Source: Armatimonadota bacterium (lineage in GTDB: Bacteria > Armatimonadota > Zipacnadia > Zipacnadales > UBA5352). From it: a stretch of DNA of 33,940 bases. The notes below the pieces were generated by a model. The model worked only from the letters and a program-made list of their open reading frames with translations. It ran no database searches and was not told the origin of the DNA. Positions within the stretch are counted from its first letter, which is position 1, and every line of letters begins with the position of its first letter. This document shows, in pieces, positions 1-8,025 of the stretch. The position numbers and the translations under genes are program-made. The stretch covers positions 1 to 33,940 of the forward strand of contig JBNGDZ010000005.1 of the NCBI GenBank assembly GCA_049975765.1, read 5' to 3'.

Positions 1-1019
1 CCGGCGCCGGCAGCGGCTGGCAGCCGCGGCCCGAGGACCTTGATCTGTTCTGGCACCGCGGTCTCTACGTTGACGACGTGGAGGTCCGCCTCGGCGTGCA
101 TCGGACCGACCACGGGGCCGCCACGGCCTCCCTGGTCATCGGCGACGGCACCGGCCTTCACAGCGGCTACGCCGTCCGCGCAGAGCAGCCATCGACTACA
201 GAGCCGGTGACGGTGAAGCTGATGCGGGCGGGCGAGTGGATCAGCACGCAGGAGGCGGAGGCATGGTCGGAGGAGGGCTACGTCCTCAGCCTGCGCCGGG
301 TCGGCAACGTCATCGTGGCGGGCGTGGACGGGCAGACCATCTGCCAGCTTCGCGACCCTGAGCCCCTGGAGGGGCTGGACCGCGTCGGCTTCCGCCGCGA
401 TGACGCGATCATCGACCCCGGCGACGTCGCCGTCCTCTCGTCAGCGGTGCGCACCTACACCTTCGAGGAGGCGCCCGTGGACTGGCAGGCCGAGAGCGGC
501 ACCTGGGAGGTCAGCACACGCTGGTCGTGCCAGCCCGAGTGGACCTGGCTGGCGGGCTGGAACCAGACCGGGCAGGCCCTCACTCACACCCGCTGGCGGG
601 CGACCGGCCGACAGATGATCGACGTCTACGTGGGCGCGAAGATGATGCCCAAGCCCGATGGCAAGGGCCACTACGAGGAGTTGCGCGACCTGCACTTCGG
701 CCTCTGCGGCGACGGGGAGGGCGGGGGCTATCACATCGTCCTCGGCGGCCAGAACAACACCGTCTCCTCCATCCGCCGCAACGGCACATTGGTCGCCCAG
801 AGCACGGCCCGCTCGATCCCACAGTCGGAGCGACACAACAACTGGCTGCTGGTGACGATCCTGCGCGACGGCCCCACCATCTCCGCCCGGATCTGGGACC
901 GCGAGGTGCTCAGCTTCACCGACAACCGGCCGCTGGAGGGCGGCGTGGTCTCGGTGGGCACCGAGAACAACGGCATCATCGTCCCGCGTGTCACCATCTA
1001 CGGCAGCCCCGCCCGCTGA
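1..1019 (+). CDS. 3' part of a larger gene (5' end outside window). Exported-type beta-sandwich (concanavalin A/LamG-like) protein of unknown function.
   Basis: Frame 3 is open from nt 3 with no stop (GAGSGWQPRPEDLDLFWHRGLYVDD...), so the GTG at 78 in the ORF track is probably internal. Stop TGA at 1017-1019. Strong G/C at codon position 3. W/G/N-rich beta-sandwich-like sequence (WQAESGTWEV, NNGIIVPRVTIYG). The fold call is by eye only. Confidence 0.6.
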   Translation, partial: GAGSGWQPRPEDLDLFWHRGLYVDDVEVRLGVHRTDHGAATASLVIGDGTGLHSGYAVRAEQPSTTEPVTVKLMRAGEWISTQEAEAWSEEGYVLSLRRVGNVIVAGVDGQTICQLRDPEPLEGLDRVGFRRDDAIIDPGDVAVLSSAVRTYTFEEAPVDWQAESGTWEVSTRWSCQPEWTWLAGWNQTGQALTHTRWRATGRQMIDVYVGAKMMPKPDGKGHYEELRDLHFGLCGDGEGGGYHIVLGGQNNTVSSIRRNGTLVAQSTARSIPQSERHNNWLLVTILRDGPTISARIWDREVLSFTDNRPLEGGVVSVGTENNGIIVPRVTIYGSPAR

Positions 1020-1207
1020 GCGCAATACAGCGGGCCGCACCTGCGCCTCGCCTCATCCCCGGATCATCCACTGTGTTCGTACCTGCCCCGAATCCCCAGC
1101 CTACACAGACTGGCGGGAAGGAGCCCGACCCGGCGGCGACGAAACCGCGTCCGCCGGCGCGTGTGGGGAACGCTGGTGCATCTCATGAATCGTTCGGAGG
1201 TGTCCCG

Positions 1208-3046
1208 GTGCGGTTTGCGATACTGGCAGCGGCGGCGACGCTTCTCACCTTCGGGATGGCCCAGGCCGAGGGGGAACAGATGATGGGCAGCGAGCCGTAT
1301 CATGCCGTGACGCTTCTGGACCTCAGCAACCCTCTTCCGCACACCTGGCTGGAGCAGGCGCACGTCGGTTACGTCTACGCGTCCGCCCCGGCCCTCGAGG
1401 AGGGTCCCGGCGGCGACCCGGTCATCGCCGAGAGCCGGCGGGAGCAATGGGAGGAGGTGCTGCGCCGCTACGAGGCCACCAACGTCCGCGTGCTGCTGAT
1501 GGACAACCTCTATATCGACCCGGCTGAGGAGCACCAGGCCGTGGACGTCTTCGGCCGCCGACATCCCATGGCCTGCTTCCGCCACCCCGGCTTCCAGGAG
1601 GCCATGGCCGAGCGCATCGTGGATCTTGCGCGCGCCTTCGGCCGCTACGAGGCCTTCGGCGGCTTCGTCTTCGACGACGGCCCGCACGTGCGAGTGGACT
1701 GCTGCTACTGCGACCGCTGCCGGGAGCAGTTCGCCGAGCAGTACGGGGTGGAGCCGCCGGGCTTCGAGCCCGTGCAGGGCACCGACCGTATCGCCGACGA
1801 CGATCCCAGGCTGCTGTGGGACCGCTTCCAGCAGGAGAGCTGGCAGATCTACCTGCGCACCCAGAGCGATGCCCTGCGCTCGGTCTCCGACGATCTGGTT
1901 ATGCTGACCATCCCCTCGGACTCCTACTTCTACGGCCGCTTCCTGAACGTCGATGTGGAGCCCGAGGAGTCGCGGCCCGGCCACGGCGGACGCCTGCAGC
2001 GCATTGAGCGCATCCAGGTCCGGGACTGGACGATCTTCCAGAGCTTCCCACTCGCCCGTCTGCCGGAGGCCGACGAGACGGGGCTGCAGAGCTGGGCCAC
2101 CGGCTGCCACATCACCGCCGACTCCCCCAAGATGCTCATGCAGACCGAGGGACCATACGCCCCGATCTACGGCCGGGTGCAGTACATGAGCCCCGCCGAG
2201 ATCGAGCGCATGGCACGCGTGACGCTCACCGAGGGCGGCTCCGGAATCTGCTACTGGACCGCCGCCGAGCCGCTGCCGAGCTACCCGGCTGCGTTCGACG
2301 CTATGGCCGAGGTCTACCGCGACGTCGGCGAAATCCAGGACGAGCTTGCCGCCCGCCGGCCGCATCCGGCATCCATCGGACTGCTCTACTCCAGCACTAC
2401 CGAGATCCTGGAGCAGCCGTGGCGCACGAACACCTCCGAGCGGTGGCAGCACCTTCACGCCTTCGAGGCCCTGGCCTATTCGATGCGGCGCTGTAATCTG
2501 CCCTTCGAGATCGTGATGGAGGACGACCTCGCCGCGGAGCGGCTCGGCGGCCTCCGCGCGCTGGTGCTGCCCGCAGTGCGCTTCCTGAGCGAAGCCGCCG
2601 CGTCCGCCATCGAGCAGGCCATGGGCGCGGCCGGCCTCCAGGTGTTCAGCGCCGGCGAATGCGTGCCTCTGCGGGGCATGACCAACGCTCGCTGCGATCC
2701 CCTCATCTGGCACAGACGGGCCGCGCGCGGCTACCGTCAGGAGCGTTACGCCAACCAGCAGTGGCAGGAGGTCCGCACCACGCTCGCCACACACCTGCGG
2801 CCGCTTGTCGAGGCGCCGGTGCAGGTCTACTCCGAGCGGGCGATCGGAAGGCTCTATGACCTTTCTGATGGGGACATGATGCTGATGATCGCGAGCTGGG
2901 ACCTGGAGGAGATCACGGAGGTGGCCGTGGAGGGCGAGGGGCGGATGATGGACATGATTAGCGGCCGAGACCTGGGGCCCATCGCGGAGCTGGGCCGCCT
3001 CACGATCCAGCCCGCCGGCTGGCGGGTGCTGCGCATCACGCAGTAG
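1208..3046 (+). CDS. Exported glycoside hydrolase-like protein, GH42-like (TIM barrel with a four-Cys cluster plus a C-terminal trimerisation-like alpha/beta domain).
   Basis: GTG 1208 is preceded by GGAGG (1196-1200, 7-nt spacer). The N-terminus VRFAILAAAATLLTFGMAQA/EG looks like a Sec signal. The ORF-track extension back to 527 overlaps gene 1 in another frame and is rejected. The Cys pattern MACFRHP...(about 42 aa)...DCCYCDRC (1700-1720) matches my recollection of the GH42 Zn site. The C-terminal segment LRALVLPAVRFLSEAAASAIEQAMGAAGLQVFSAGE resembles the GH42 middle domain. Confidence 0.6.
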   Translation: MRFAILAAAATLLTFGMAQAEGEQMMGSEPYHAVTLLDLSNPLPHTWLEQAHVGYVYASAPALEEGPGGDPVIAESRREQWEEVLRRYEATNVRVLLMDNLYIDPAEEHQAVDVFGRRHPMACFRHPGFQEAMAERIVDLARAFGRYEAFGGFVFDDGPHVRVDCCYCDRCREQFAEQYGVEPPGFEPVQGTDRIADDDPRLLWDRFQQESWQIYLRTQSDALRSVSDDLVMLTIPSDSYFYGRFLNVDVEPEESRPGHGGRLQRIERIQVRDWTIFQSFPLARLPEADETGLQSWATGCHITADSPKMLMQTEGPYAPIYGRVQYMSPAEIERMARVTLTEGGSGICYWTAAEPLPSYPAAFDAMAEVYRDVGEIQDELAARRPHPASIGLLYSSTTEILEQPWRTNTSERWQHLHAFEALAYSMRRCNLPFEIVMEDDLAAERLGGLRALVLPAVRFLSEAAASAIEQAMGAAGLQVFSAGECVPLRGMTNARCDPLIWHRRAARGYRQERYANQQWQEVRTTLATHLRPLVEAPVQVYSERAIGRLYDLSDGDMMLMIASWDLEEITEVAVEGEGRMMDMISGRDLGPIAELGRLTIQPAGWRVLRITQ

Positions 3047-3239
3047 AACGACCGGCGGACGTGGGCGCGCCGCTCCCTACGGTGACAGAAGGCTTCAGCC
3101 TGCCCACGCCGCCGGCCGTTTGTCGTGGTTGCGGTGACCCACGCGCGCCGTCTCCCCGAAGGGAATCCCTCGCGCCCCGGTGAACCACTGCCCGGCGTTA
3201 CCGACCCACGCGACAGCATTCCGATGCGGAGGTGCTCTG

Positions 3240-6128
3240 ATGCGCCCTGTCCAGTGCCTTCTGGTCCTTCTTTCTGCGCTCGTTTGCATCGGCGCCGACG
3301 CGCAGGAGATGGTCACTAACCCGACGCTTGCTCCGAACGAGGCCGGCGACGCTCCGGCCGGCTGGCGCTTTGCGGATTTCGGCACCGGGGGCGCAGCGGT
3401 CTACGCCCCGGACGGTGGGCGCGACGGCTCCGGCGCCGCGGGCGTGCGCTGTGAGACAGACGAGGAGCGCGGCGCATGGCAGCAGCACGTGGCCTTGGCG
3501 GGCGCCACGCACATCCACGCCAGCGGGTGGTATCGGACCGAGGATATCGCCAACTCCGGTGCGGCCACACTCAGGCTCACCTGGCTTCGGGCGCTGCAGG
3601 GCTGGGACTTCATCAGCGACTCGCGACTGCCGCTTCCGCCGGCGGCGCAGTGGACCAGCTTCGAGGGCGTCTTCATCGCGCCGGAGGAGGCTGTTGCGGT
3701 CGCCCCGGAGCTGTTCAACTTCTACGATGCCGGAACGGTCTGGTGGGATGAGATCCACCTGCGCGAGGCCACCCGAGAGGAGATTCGAGAGATGCTGGCA
3801 CGCCAGCTCGACCGAGAGCCTCGAGACGGCGAGGTGCAGTACTCCCCGGCCGATGGCGAGAGCACGGCCACCAATCCCCCCGCGTTCGTCTGGCTGCCGG
3901 CGGAGGGCGCGGAGCGATACGTGCTGCAGTACGCCCCGGAGGGCGACTTCGACGGCCCGGACGCCGTGACGGTCGAGGGATGGGAGATGACGGTCTACAC
4001 GCCGCACCAGACCCTCGCTCCCGGAGACTGGGCGTGGCGCTACGGTCTGCAGACCGATGAGGGGCCGGTCTTCAGTCAGGAGCGGCATTTCACCATCCCC
4101 GCCGACGCCCAGCCCTTCCCCCTGCCGCGCATCGACGAGGTCATCGCGCGCATCCCGGATGTCCATCCGCGGGCGTACTTCCACCGGGACGAGATCGACG
4201 CGCTACGCGGAAAGGTCGCGGACGATCCCGAGTACGCAGCCATGGCCGAGCCCGTCATCCGCTCCGCCGAGGACAAGCTCGGCGAGGAGCTGTACCCGGA
4301 GCCGGATTACCTGCCAGAGAGCGGCATCGAGCGCAGCCGCGCCTACCAGGAGTGCTTCCGGACCATGCGCCCGTTCACGGCCGGAATGGAGACCTGCGCC
4401 AAGGCCTATGTGCTCACCGGCGACGAGCGCTTCGGGGCCGAGGCCAAGCGTCGGCTGATGCACTTCATGACCTGGGACCCGGACGGCCCCACCAGCGTCA
4501 GCGCCAACGATGAGGCCGCCATGGACCTGGGGAAGCGCGCCCCCCGCACCTACGATTGGATCTACGACCTGCTGACCGAGGACGAGCGGGAGACCTGCCG
4601 TCGCGTCCTTGGCCGGCGGGTCGAGCAGATGAACGAGCTGCACCGCCGGATGCCCTTCTCCAGCCGGCCCTACTCCTCACACCCGGGCCGCATGATCGGC
4701 TTCGTGGTGGAGGACTCCATCATCCTGGCGCACGAGGTGCCCGAGGCCCGCGAGTGGCTCGACTACACCCTCCGGCTGCTGTGGTCGGTCTACCCGGCCT
4801 GGGGGAATCCTGACGGCGGCTGGGCCGAGGGCCCCAGCTACTGGAACGCCTACATAGGCATGCTCCAGCCGGTGGTGCTGCTGCTCGACGAGATCGGGGT
4901 GCCCTTCAAGAACAAGCCCTTCTGCCAGAACAACGGCTGGTTCGGGCTCTATGGAGTGCCGGTGGGCGGGAAGATGATACCCTTCGGCGACGGTCACGGC
5001 GGCTCGGTCGGCCGCGGCTTCGGACACACGCTCTACCGCTGGTCCACGCTCTACCGCAATCCCTACTGGCGGTGGTACGCCGAGCAGCTCGGCGCCGGGC
5101 CGGGGACGCGCGTCGGCCAGTTCGGCTTCTACGACCCGACCGTGGAGGCGAAACCGCCTCGCGACATCCCGCAGGCCCGCGTCTTCCCCGACATCGGGCT
5201 GGCGGCGCTACACTCGGACCTGGCGGATCCCGCGCGTGACGTCTACCTGCTGATGCGCTCCAGCCCCTACGGCTCGGTCAGCCACAGCCACGCCTCGCAG
5301 AACGCCTTCGCCATCGGCGCCTACGGCGAGGCGCTGGCCATCAGCTCCGGCTACTACCAGCTCTACGGCTGCCCCCACCACGCCCAGTGGACGTGGGAGA
5401 CCCGGGCGCACAACTCCATCCTCGTGGACGGTGAGGGTCAGGTCAAGCGCAGCCCACGCTCGCGCGGGCGCATCGTGGCCTTCGACACCCAGGACGAGTA
5501 CGCGTACACCGTCGGCGACGCCACCGAGGCCTACGGGGGCCGGCTGGAGCGCTTCTTGCGCCGGGTGCTCTTCATCCGCCCCGACACCTTCGTCATCTGC
5601 GACGAACTCGCCGGCGCCGGCGAGGCCACCTACCAGTGGCTGCTACACGCCCGCGAGGAGATGGCGCTTGACGAGGACGCCGGGACGGTCGTCATCTCAT
5701 CCGGCGACGCCCGGCTGCTCACCAGGCTGCTGCGACCCGAGGGCCTGAGCTTCTCGCAGATGGAGGGCTTCCCGGTAGAGCCGGAGCGGGAGGCGGCCGA
5801 CCAGTACCACTTCACCGCCGACACCGGCGAGCCGGCGGAGGAGGCGGTGTTCCACTCAGTCCTCACGGCCTACCTGGACGGTGACGAGGACCGCGTCCCC
5901 GAGGCGGAGGTCATCGAGGGCCAGGGGGGCGCGGCCGTGCGCCTGCAGTGGCCGGCCGAGAGCGGGCTGGTCGTGTGGCGCCTTAGCACCGCCGATCGGG
6001 TCAGCGTGGCCGACGTCGTCAGCGAGGCCGACGTGGCGGTGCTGCGCCGCGATGCCGACGGGAAGCTGGTCTCCGTCTACAGCTATGGGACGGGCATCGT
6101 CACCGTCGAGGGCGAGCAGGTCAACTGA
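3240..6128 (+). CDS. Exported polysaccharide lyase-like protein: N-terminal CBM4/9-like module, DUF4962-like region and heparinase II/III-like C-terminal domain.
   Basis: ATG 3240 with GGAGG at 3228-3232. Signal peptide MRPVQCLLVLLSALVCIGADA/QE. CBM-like N-terminus (APAGWRF...WTSFEGVF...VWWDEIHL). DUF4962-type NPPAFVWLPAEGAERYVLQYAPEGDF. Heparinase II/III-type motif GSVSHSHASQNAFAIGAYGEALAISSGYY...HNSILVDGEGQ. Confidence 0.8.
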   Translation: MRPVQCLLVLLSALVCIGADAQEMVTNPTLAPNEAGDAPAGWRFADFGTGGAAVYAPDGGRDGSGAAGVRCETDEERGAWQQHVALAGATHIHASGWYRTEDIANSGAATLRLTWLRALQGWDFISDSRLPLPPAAQWTSFEGVFIAPEEAVAVAPELFNFYDAGTVWWDEIHLREATREEIREMLARQLDREPRDGEVQYSPADGESTATNPPAFVWLPAEGAERYVLQYAPEGDFDGPDAVTVEGWEMTVYTPHQTLAPGDWAWRYGLQTDEGPVFSQERHFTIPADAQPFPLPRIDEVIARIPDVHPRAYFHRDEIDALRGKVADDPEYAAMAEPVIRSAEDKLGEELYPEPDYLPESGIERSRAYQECFRTMRPFTAGMETCAKAYVLTGDERFGAEAKRRLMHFMTWDPDGPTSVSANDEAAMDLGKRAPRTYDWIYDLLTEDERETCRRVLGRRVEQMNELHRRMPFSSRPYSSHPGRMIGFVVEDSIILAHEVPEAREWLDYTLRLLWSVYPAWGNPDGGWAEGPSYWNAYIGMLQPVVLLLDEIGVPFKNKPFCQNNGWFGLYGVPVGGKMIPFGDGHGGSVGRGFGHTLYRWSTLYRNPYWRWYAEQLGAGPGTRVGQFGFYDPTVEAKPPRDIPQARVFPDIGLAALHSDLADPARDVYLLMRSSPYGSVSHSHASQNAFAIGAYGEALAISSGYYQLYGCPHHAQWTWETRAHNSILVDGEGQVKRSPRSRGRIVAFDTQDEYAYTVGDATEAYGGRLERFLRRVLFIRPDTFVICDELAGAGEATYQWLLHAREEMALDEDAGTVVISSGDARLLTRLLRPEGLSFSQMEGFPVEPEREAADQYHFTADTGEPAEEAVFHSVLTAYLDGDEDRVPEAEVIEGQGGAAVRLQWPAESGLVVWRLSTADRVSVADVVSEADVAVLRRDADGKLVSVYSYGTGIVTVEGEQVN

Positions 6129-6137
6129 CGGCAGCGA

Positions 6138-6156
6138 GCCGCGCCCCGGCCGCGGC
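6138..6156 (+). terminator. GC hairpin 10 nt after the lyase stop codon (possible weak or leaky terminator).
   Basis: GCCGCG (6138-6143) pairs with CGCGGC (6151-6156) around a 7-nt loop. There is no U-tract, so it may only attenuate. Confidence 0.25.
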
Positions 6157-6246
6157 GTCTGGACTTCCCGAGTCAACCTGACAGGATAACGCGACTGCCG
6201 CGGAGAATGCCCCGGCGACTGCCAGCGACGTGGGGAGGAGAAGGCC

Positions 6247-7077
6247 ATGGCCGACGAGCATGCCGGGGGCTCCGCAGCAGAGCATACCCGCCCCAACGGT
6301 GACGAGCCCGCCGCGCCTCCGCCGGACGTCGAGCCTGCTCAGCACCCTGAGACGCCACAATCGGCGGCCGCCGAGGGCCCGGAGGGACGCAGTTGCCTCA
6401 TAATCGGCCTGCTGGTCGGCTGCGGCTGTCTGGCGTTGGCCGCGCTCCTCATCGCGCTGTTCGGCGGGCTGGCCTACCTGGGATTCCAGCAGGAGCCCGA
6501 GGAGCCCACCGGGGAGCAAATCGAAACGACGGAGCCGTCCCTGGAGATTCCGCAGCCCCGGGCCCCGAGCCGGAGGCCGACCGGCGAGGCGGAACAGCCG
6601 CCAGTAGAGACGACCGGCCGCCCCTCGCCCGGCCGCGCGACGGCCATGGAGTTCGCCCAGAGGCGCCGCGCGGACTGGCGGGCCACCGTCGCCGAACACT
6701 CCGACGACTGGACCGCGGTCACCCTTCACATGGCTCCCCCCGGCTCCGAGTGGACCACCTGGCTGGACCTGGAGTGGGACTCGGCTGCCGGTCGGTACAT
6801 GCTGATCGACGAGGGCCCACTGGCCTACGAGGGCGAGGACGAAGAGGTCCCGGACATCTACCAGCCGGGCGAGGAGGTCGCCAGGGAGGCGGCCCTGGGA
6901 TACGTGGAGGAGCCGGACTGGGTGACGAAGATCGTGGAGCACTCGGCGGACTGGCGCACCGTGACCGTATGGGTCGGCCCGCCGGCCTCCGAATGGGTCT
7001 ACGAGCTGAGCCTGGCGTGGAACGACGACCTGGACGTCTACGATCTTCAACAGGTAAGCGAGATCCCCTATCCCTGA
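6247..7077 (+). CDS. Single-pass membrane-anchored protein with a disordered N-terminus, a Pro/Glu-rich linker and two tandem copies of a ~60-aa domain. Function unknown.
   Basis: ATG 6247 is preceded by GGGGAGGAG (6232-6240). Hydrophobic span CLIIGLLVGCGCLALAALLIALFGGLAYLGF. Internal repeat DW..V.EHS.DW..VT...PP.SEW...L.L.W....Y.L occurs twice (approx 6646-6816 and 6871-7062). Codon-3 G/C bias favours this frame over the antisense ORF 6121..7179. Confidence 0.7.
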   Translation: MADEHAGGSAAEHTRPNGDEPAAPPPDVEPAQHPETPQSAAAEGPEGRSCLIIGLLVGCGCLALAALLIALFGGLAYLGFQQEPEEPTGEQIETTEPSLEIPQPRAPSRRPTGEAEQPPVETTGRPSPGRATAMEFAQRRRADWRATVAEHSDDWTAVTLHMAPPGSEWTTWLDLEWDSAAGRYMLIDEGPLAYEGEDEEVPDIYQPGEEVAREAALGYVEEPDWVTKIVEHSADWRTVTVWVGPPASEWVYELSLAWNDDLDVYDLQQVSEIPYP

Positions 7078-7093
7078 CGAGAGAGGTGGTTTG

Positions 7094-7588
7094 ATGGCCA
7101 AGGAAGTGATGCATCGAGAGGCGTCTGATAATGAATACCTGCACAAGGACTTCCACGGCGCGCTGAGCTGCGCCCTCATCTACCTGGAGGAGAACTTCGG
7201 GGCCGAGGCCGTGCGGGAGTATCTGCGCACCTTCGCCCGCCGCTACTACGCTCCAGTGACCGAGGAACTCCAGAAGCGCGGGCTGGAGGCCATGGCCGAG
7301 CGGCTGCGGCGCATCTACGAGATCGAGGGCGGACAGGTGCAGATCGAGCTCGGCGACGACGAGATGGTGGTGCGCGTGGAGGCCTGCCCGGCAATGATGC
7401 ACATCCGCGAGCAGGGCTATCCGGTCTCGCCGATGTGGCGCGAGACCATCCGCTCTGTCCACGAGGCTATCTGCGAGGGCACCGCCTTCGACTTCGACCT
7501 GGTCGACTTCGATGAGCTCACCGGCGCCAGCACGCAGCGCTTCTACCGCCGCGAGCGCCACGCCGCATCCGAGGAGGCCTCCGCATGA
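7094..7588 (+). CDS. Small cytoplasmic protein A (164 aa), Cys-poor paralogue of the next gene. Possibly ATC-hydrolase-like (PF14196-like) fold.
   Basis: ATG 7094 (the track starts at the TTG at 7091) with GAGAGGTGG at 7081-7089. It lies 16 nt after the upstream stop. It is colinear with the next protein (YLEE.FG.EAV ... GL ... E.E...V.IEL...E..V.V..CP ... F.F.L.D ... RE). The family call is from memory only. Confidence 0.65.
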   Translation: MAKEVMHREASDNEYLHKDFHGALSCALIYLEENFGAEAVREYLRTFARRYYAPVTEELQKRGLEAMAERLRRIYEIEGGQVQIELGDDEMVVRVEACPAMMHIREQGYPVSPMWRETIRSVHEAICEGTAFDFDLVDFDELTGASTQRFYRRERHAASEEASA

Positions 7589-8025
7589 TCTCCTGCACAG
7601 AGTTCATCCCCGCCTACAGCGAGCTGTTTCGCTACCTGGAGGAGCAGGGCGGGCCCGAGGCCGTCCAGGACTTCTGGGAGTACCTCTCGGACAACTTCCT
7701 GGGGAACCTGCGCGAGCTTGTCGAGGAACATGGGCTGCGGGGGTGCTGGATGTACTGGTCGCACACGCTCAATGAGGAGGCCGCCGACTTCACCATGGAG
7801 CTGGATGAGGAGGCCGGCGAGTTCTCCATCACCATGCACAGGTGCCCCTCCAAGGCAATGCTCCTGGAGCTGGAGCACATGGAGCCCTACCACGACTATT
7901 GCGAGCACTGCAATGTGCTCTACCGCCGGGTGCTGGAGCCGCTGGGCTTCGAGTACATCTTCGATGACACGGGCTGTGAGGAGGCCCGCTGCCGCCTCAT
8001 CGTGCGCGAGAGGGCTGATGAGTAG
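7585..8025 (+). CDS. Small cytoplasmic protein B (146 aa), Cys-rich paralogue of the previous gene. Possibly ATC-hydrolase-like (PF14196-like).
   Basis: ATG 7585 overlaps the upstream TGA (ATGA 7585-7588). GAGGAGG lies at 7571-7577. Seven Cys, including HRCP, DYCEHC and GCEEARC. Confidence 0.7.
   Translation: MISCTEFIPAYSELFRYLEEQGGPEAVQDFWEYLSDNFLGNLRELVEEHGLRGCWMYWSHTLNEEAADFTMELDEEAGEFSITMHRCPSKAMLLELEHMEPYHDYCEHCNVLYRRVLEPLGFEYIFDDTGCEEARCRLIVRERADE

Noticed and set aside
1130-1157. CCGGCG...GACG/CGTC...CGCCGG hairpin after gene 1 as a terminator.
   Set aside because: It is plausible, but it has a bulge and no U-tract, and it lies 110 nt from the stop. The support is too weak to list as a feature.
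527-1207. 5' extension of ORF 527..3046 (839 aa in the track).
   Set aside because: It overlaps the well-supported gene 1 in another frame and is Arg/Pro/Gly-rich junk. The GTG at 1208 has a GGAGG SD and starts a proper signal peptide.
1064-2794. 576-aa antisense ORF opposite the GH42-like gene. Similar antisense ORFs are 3198..4184, 6121..7179 and 8487..9314.
   Set aside because: These are typical high-GC shadow ORFs. They have Arg/Gly/Ala/Pro-rich low-complexity translations, no SD or domain motifs, and a well-supported gene on the opposite strand.
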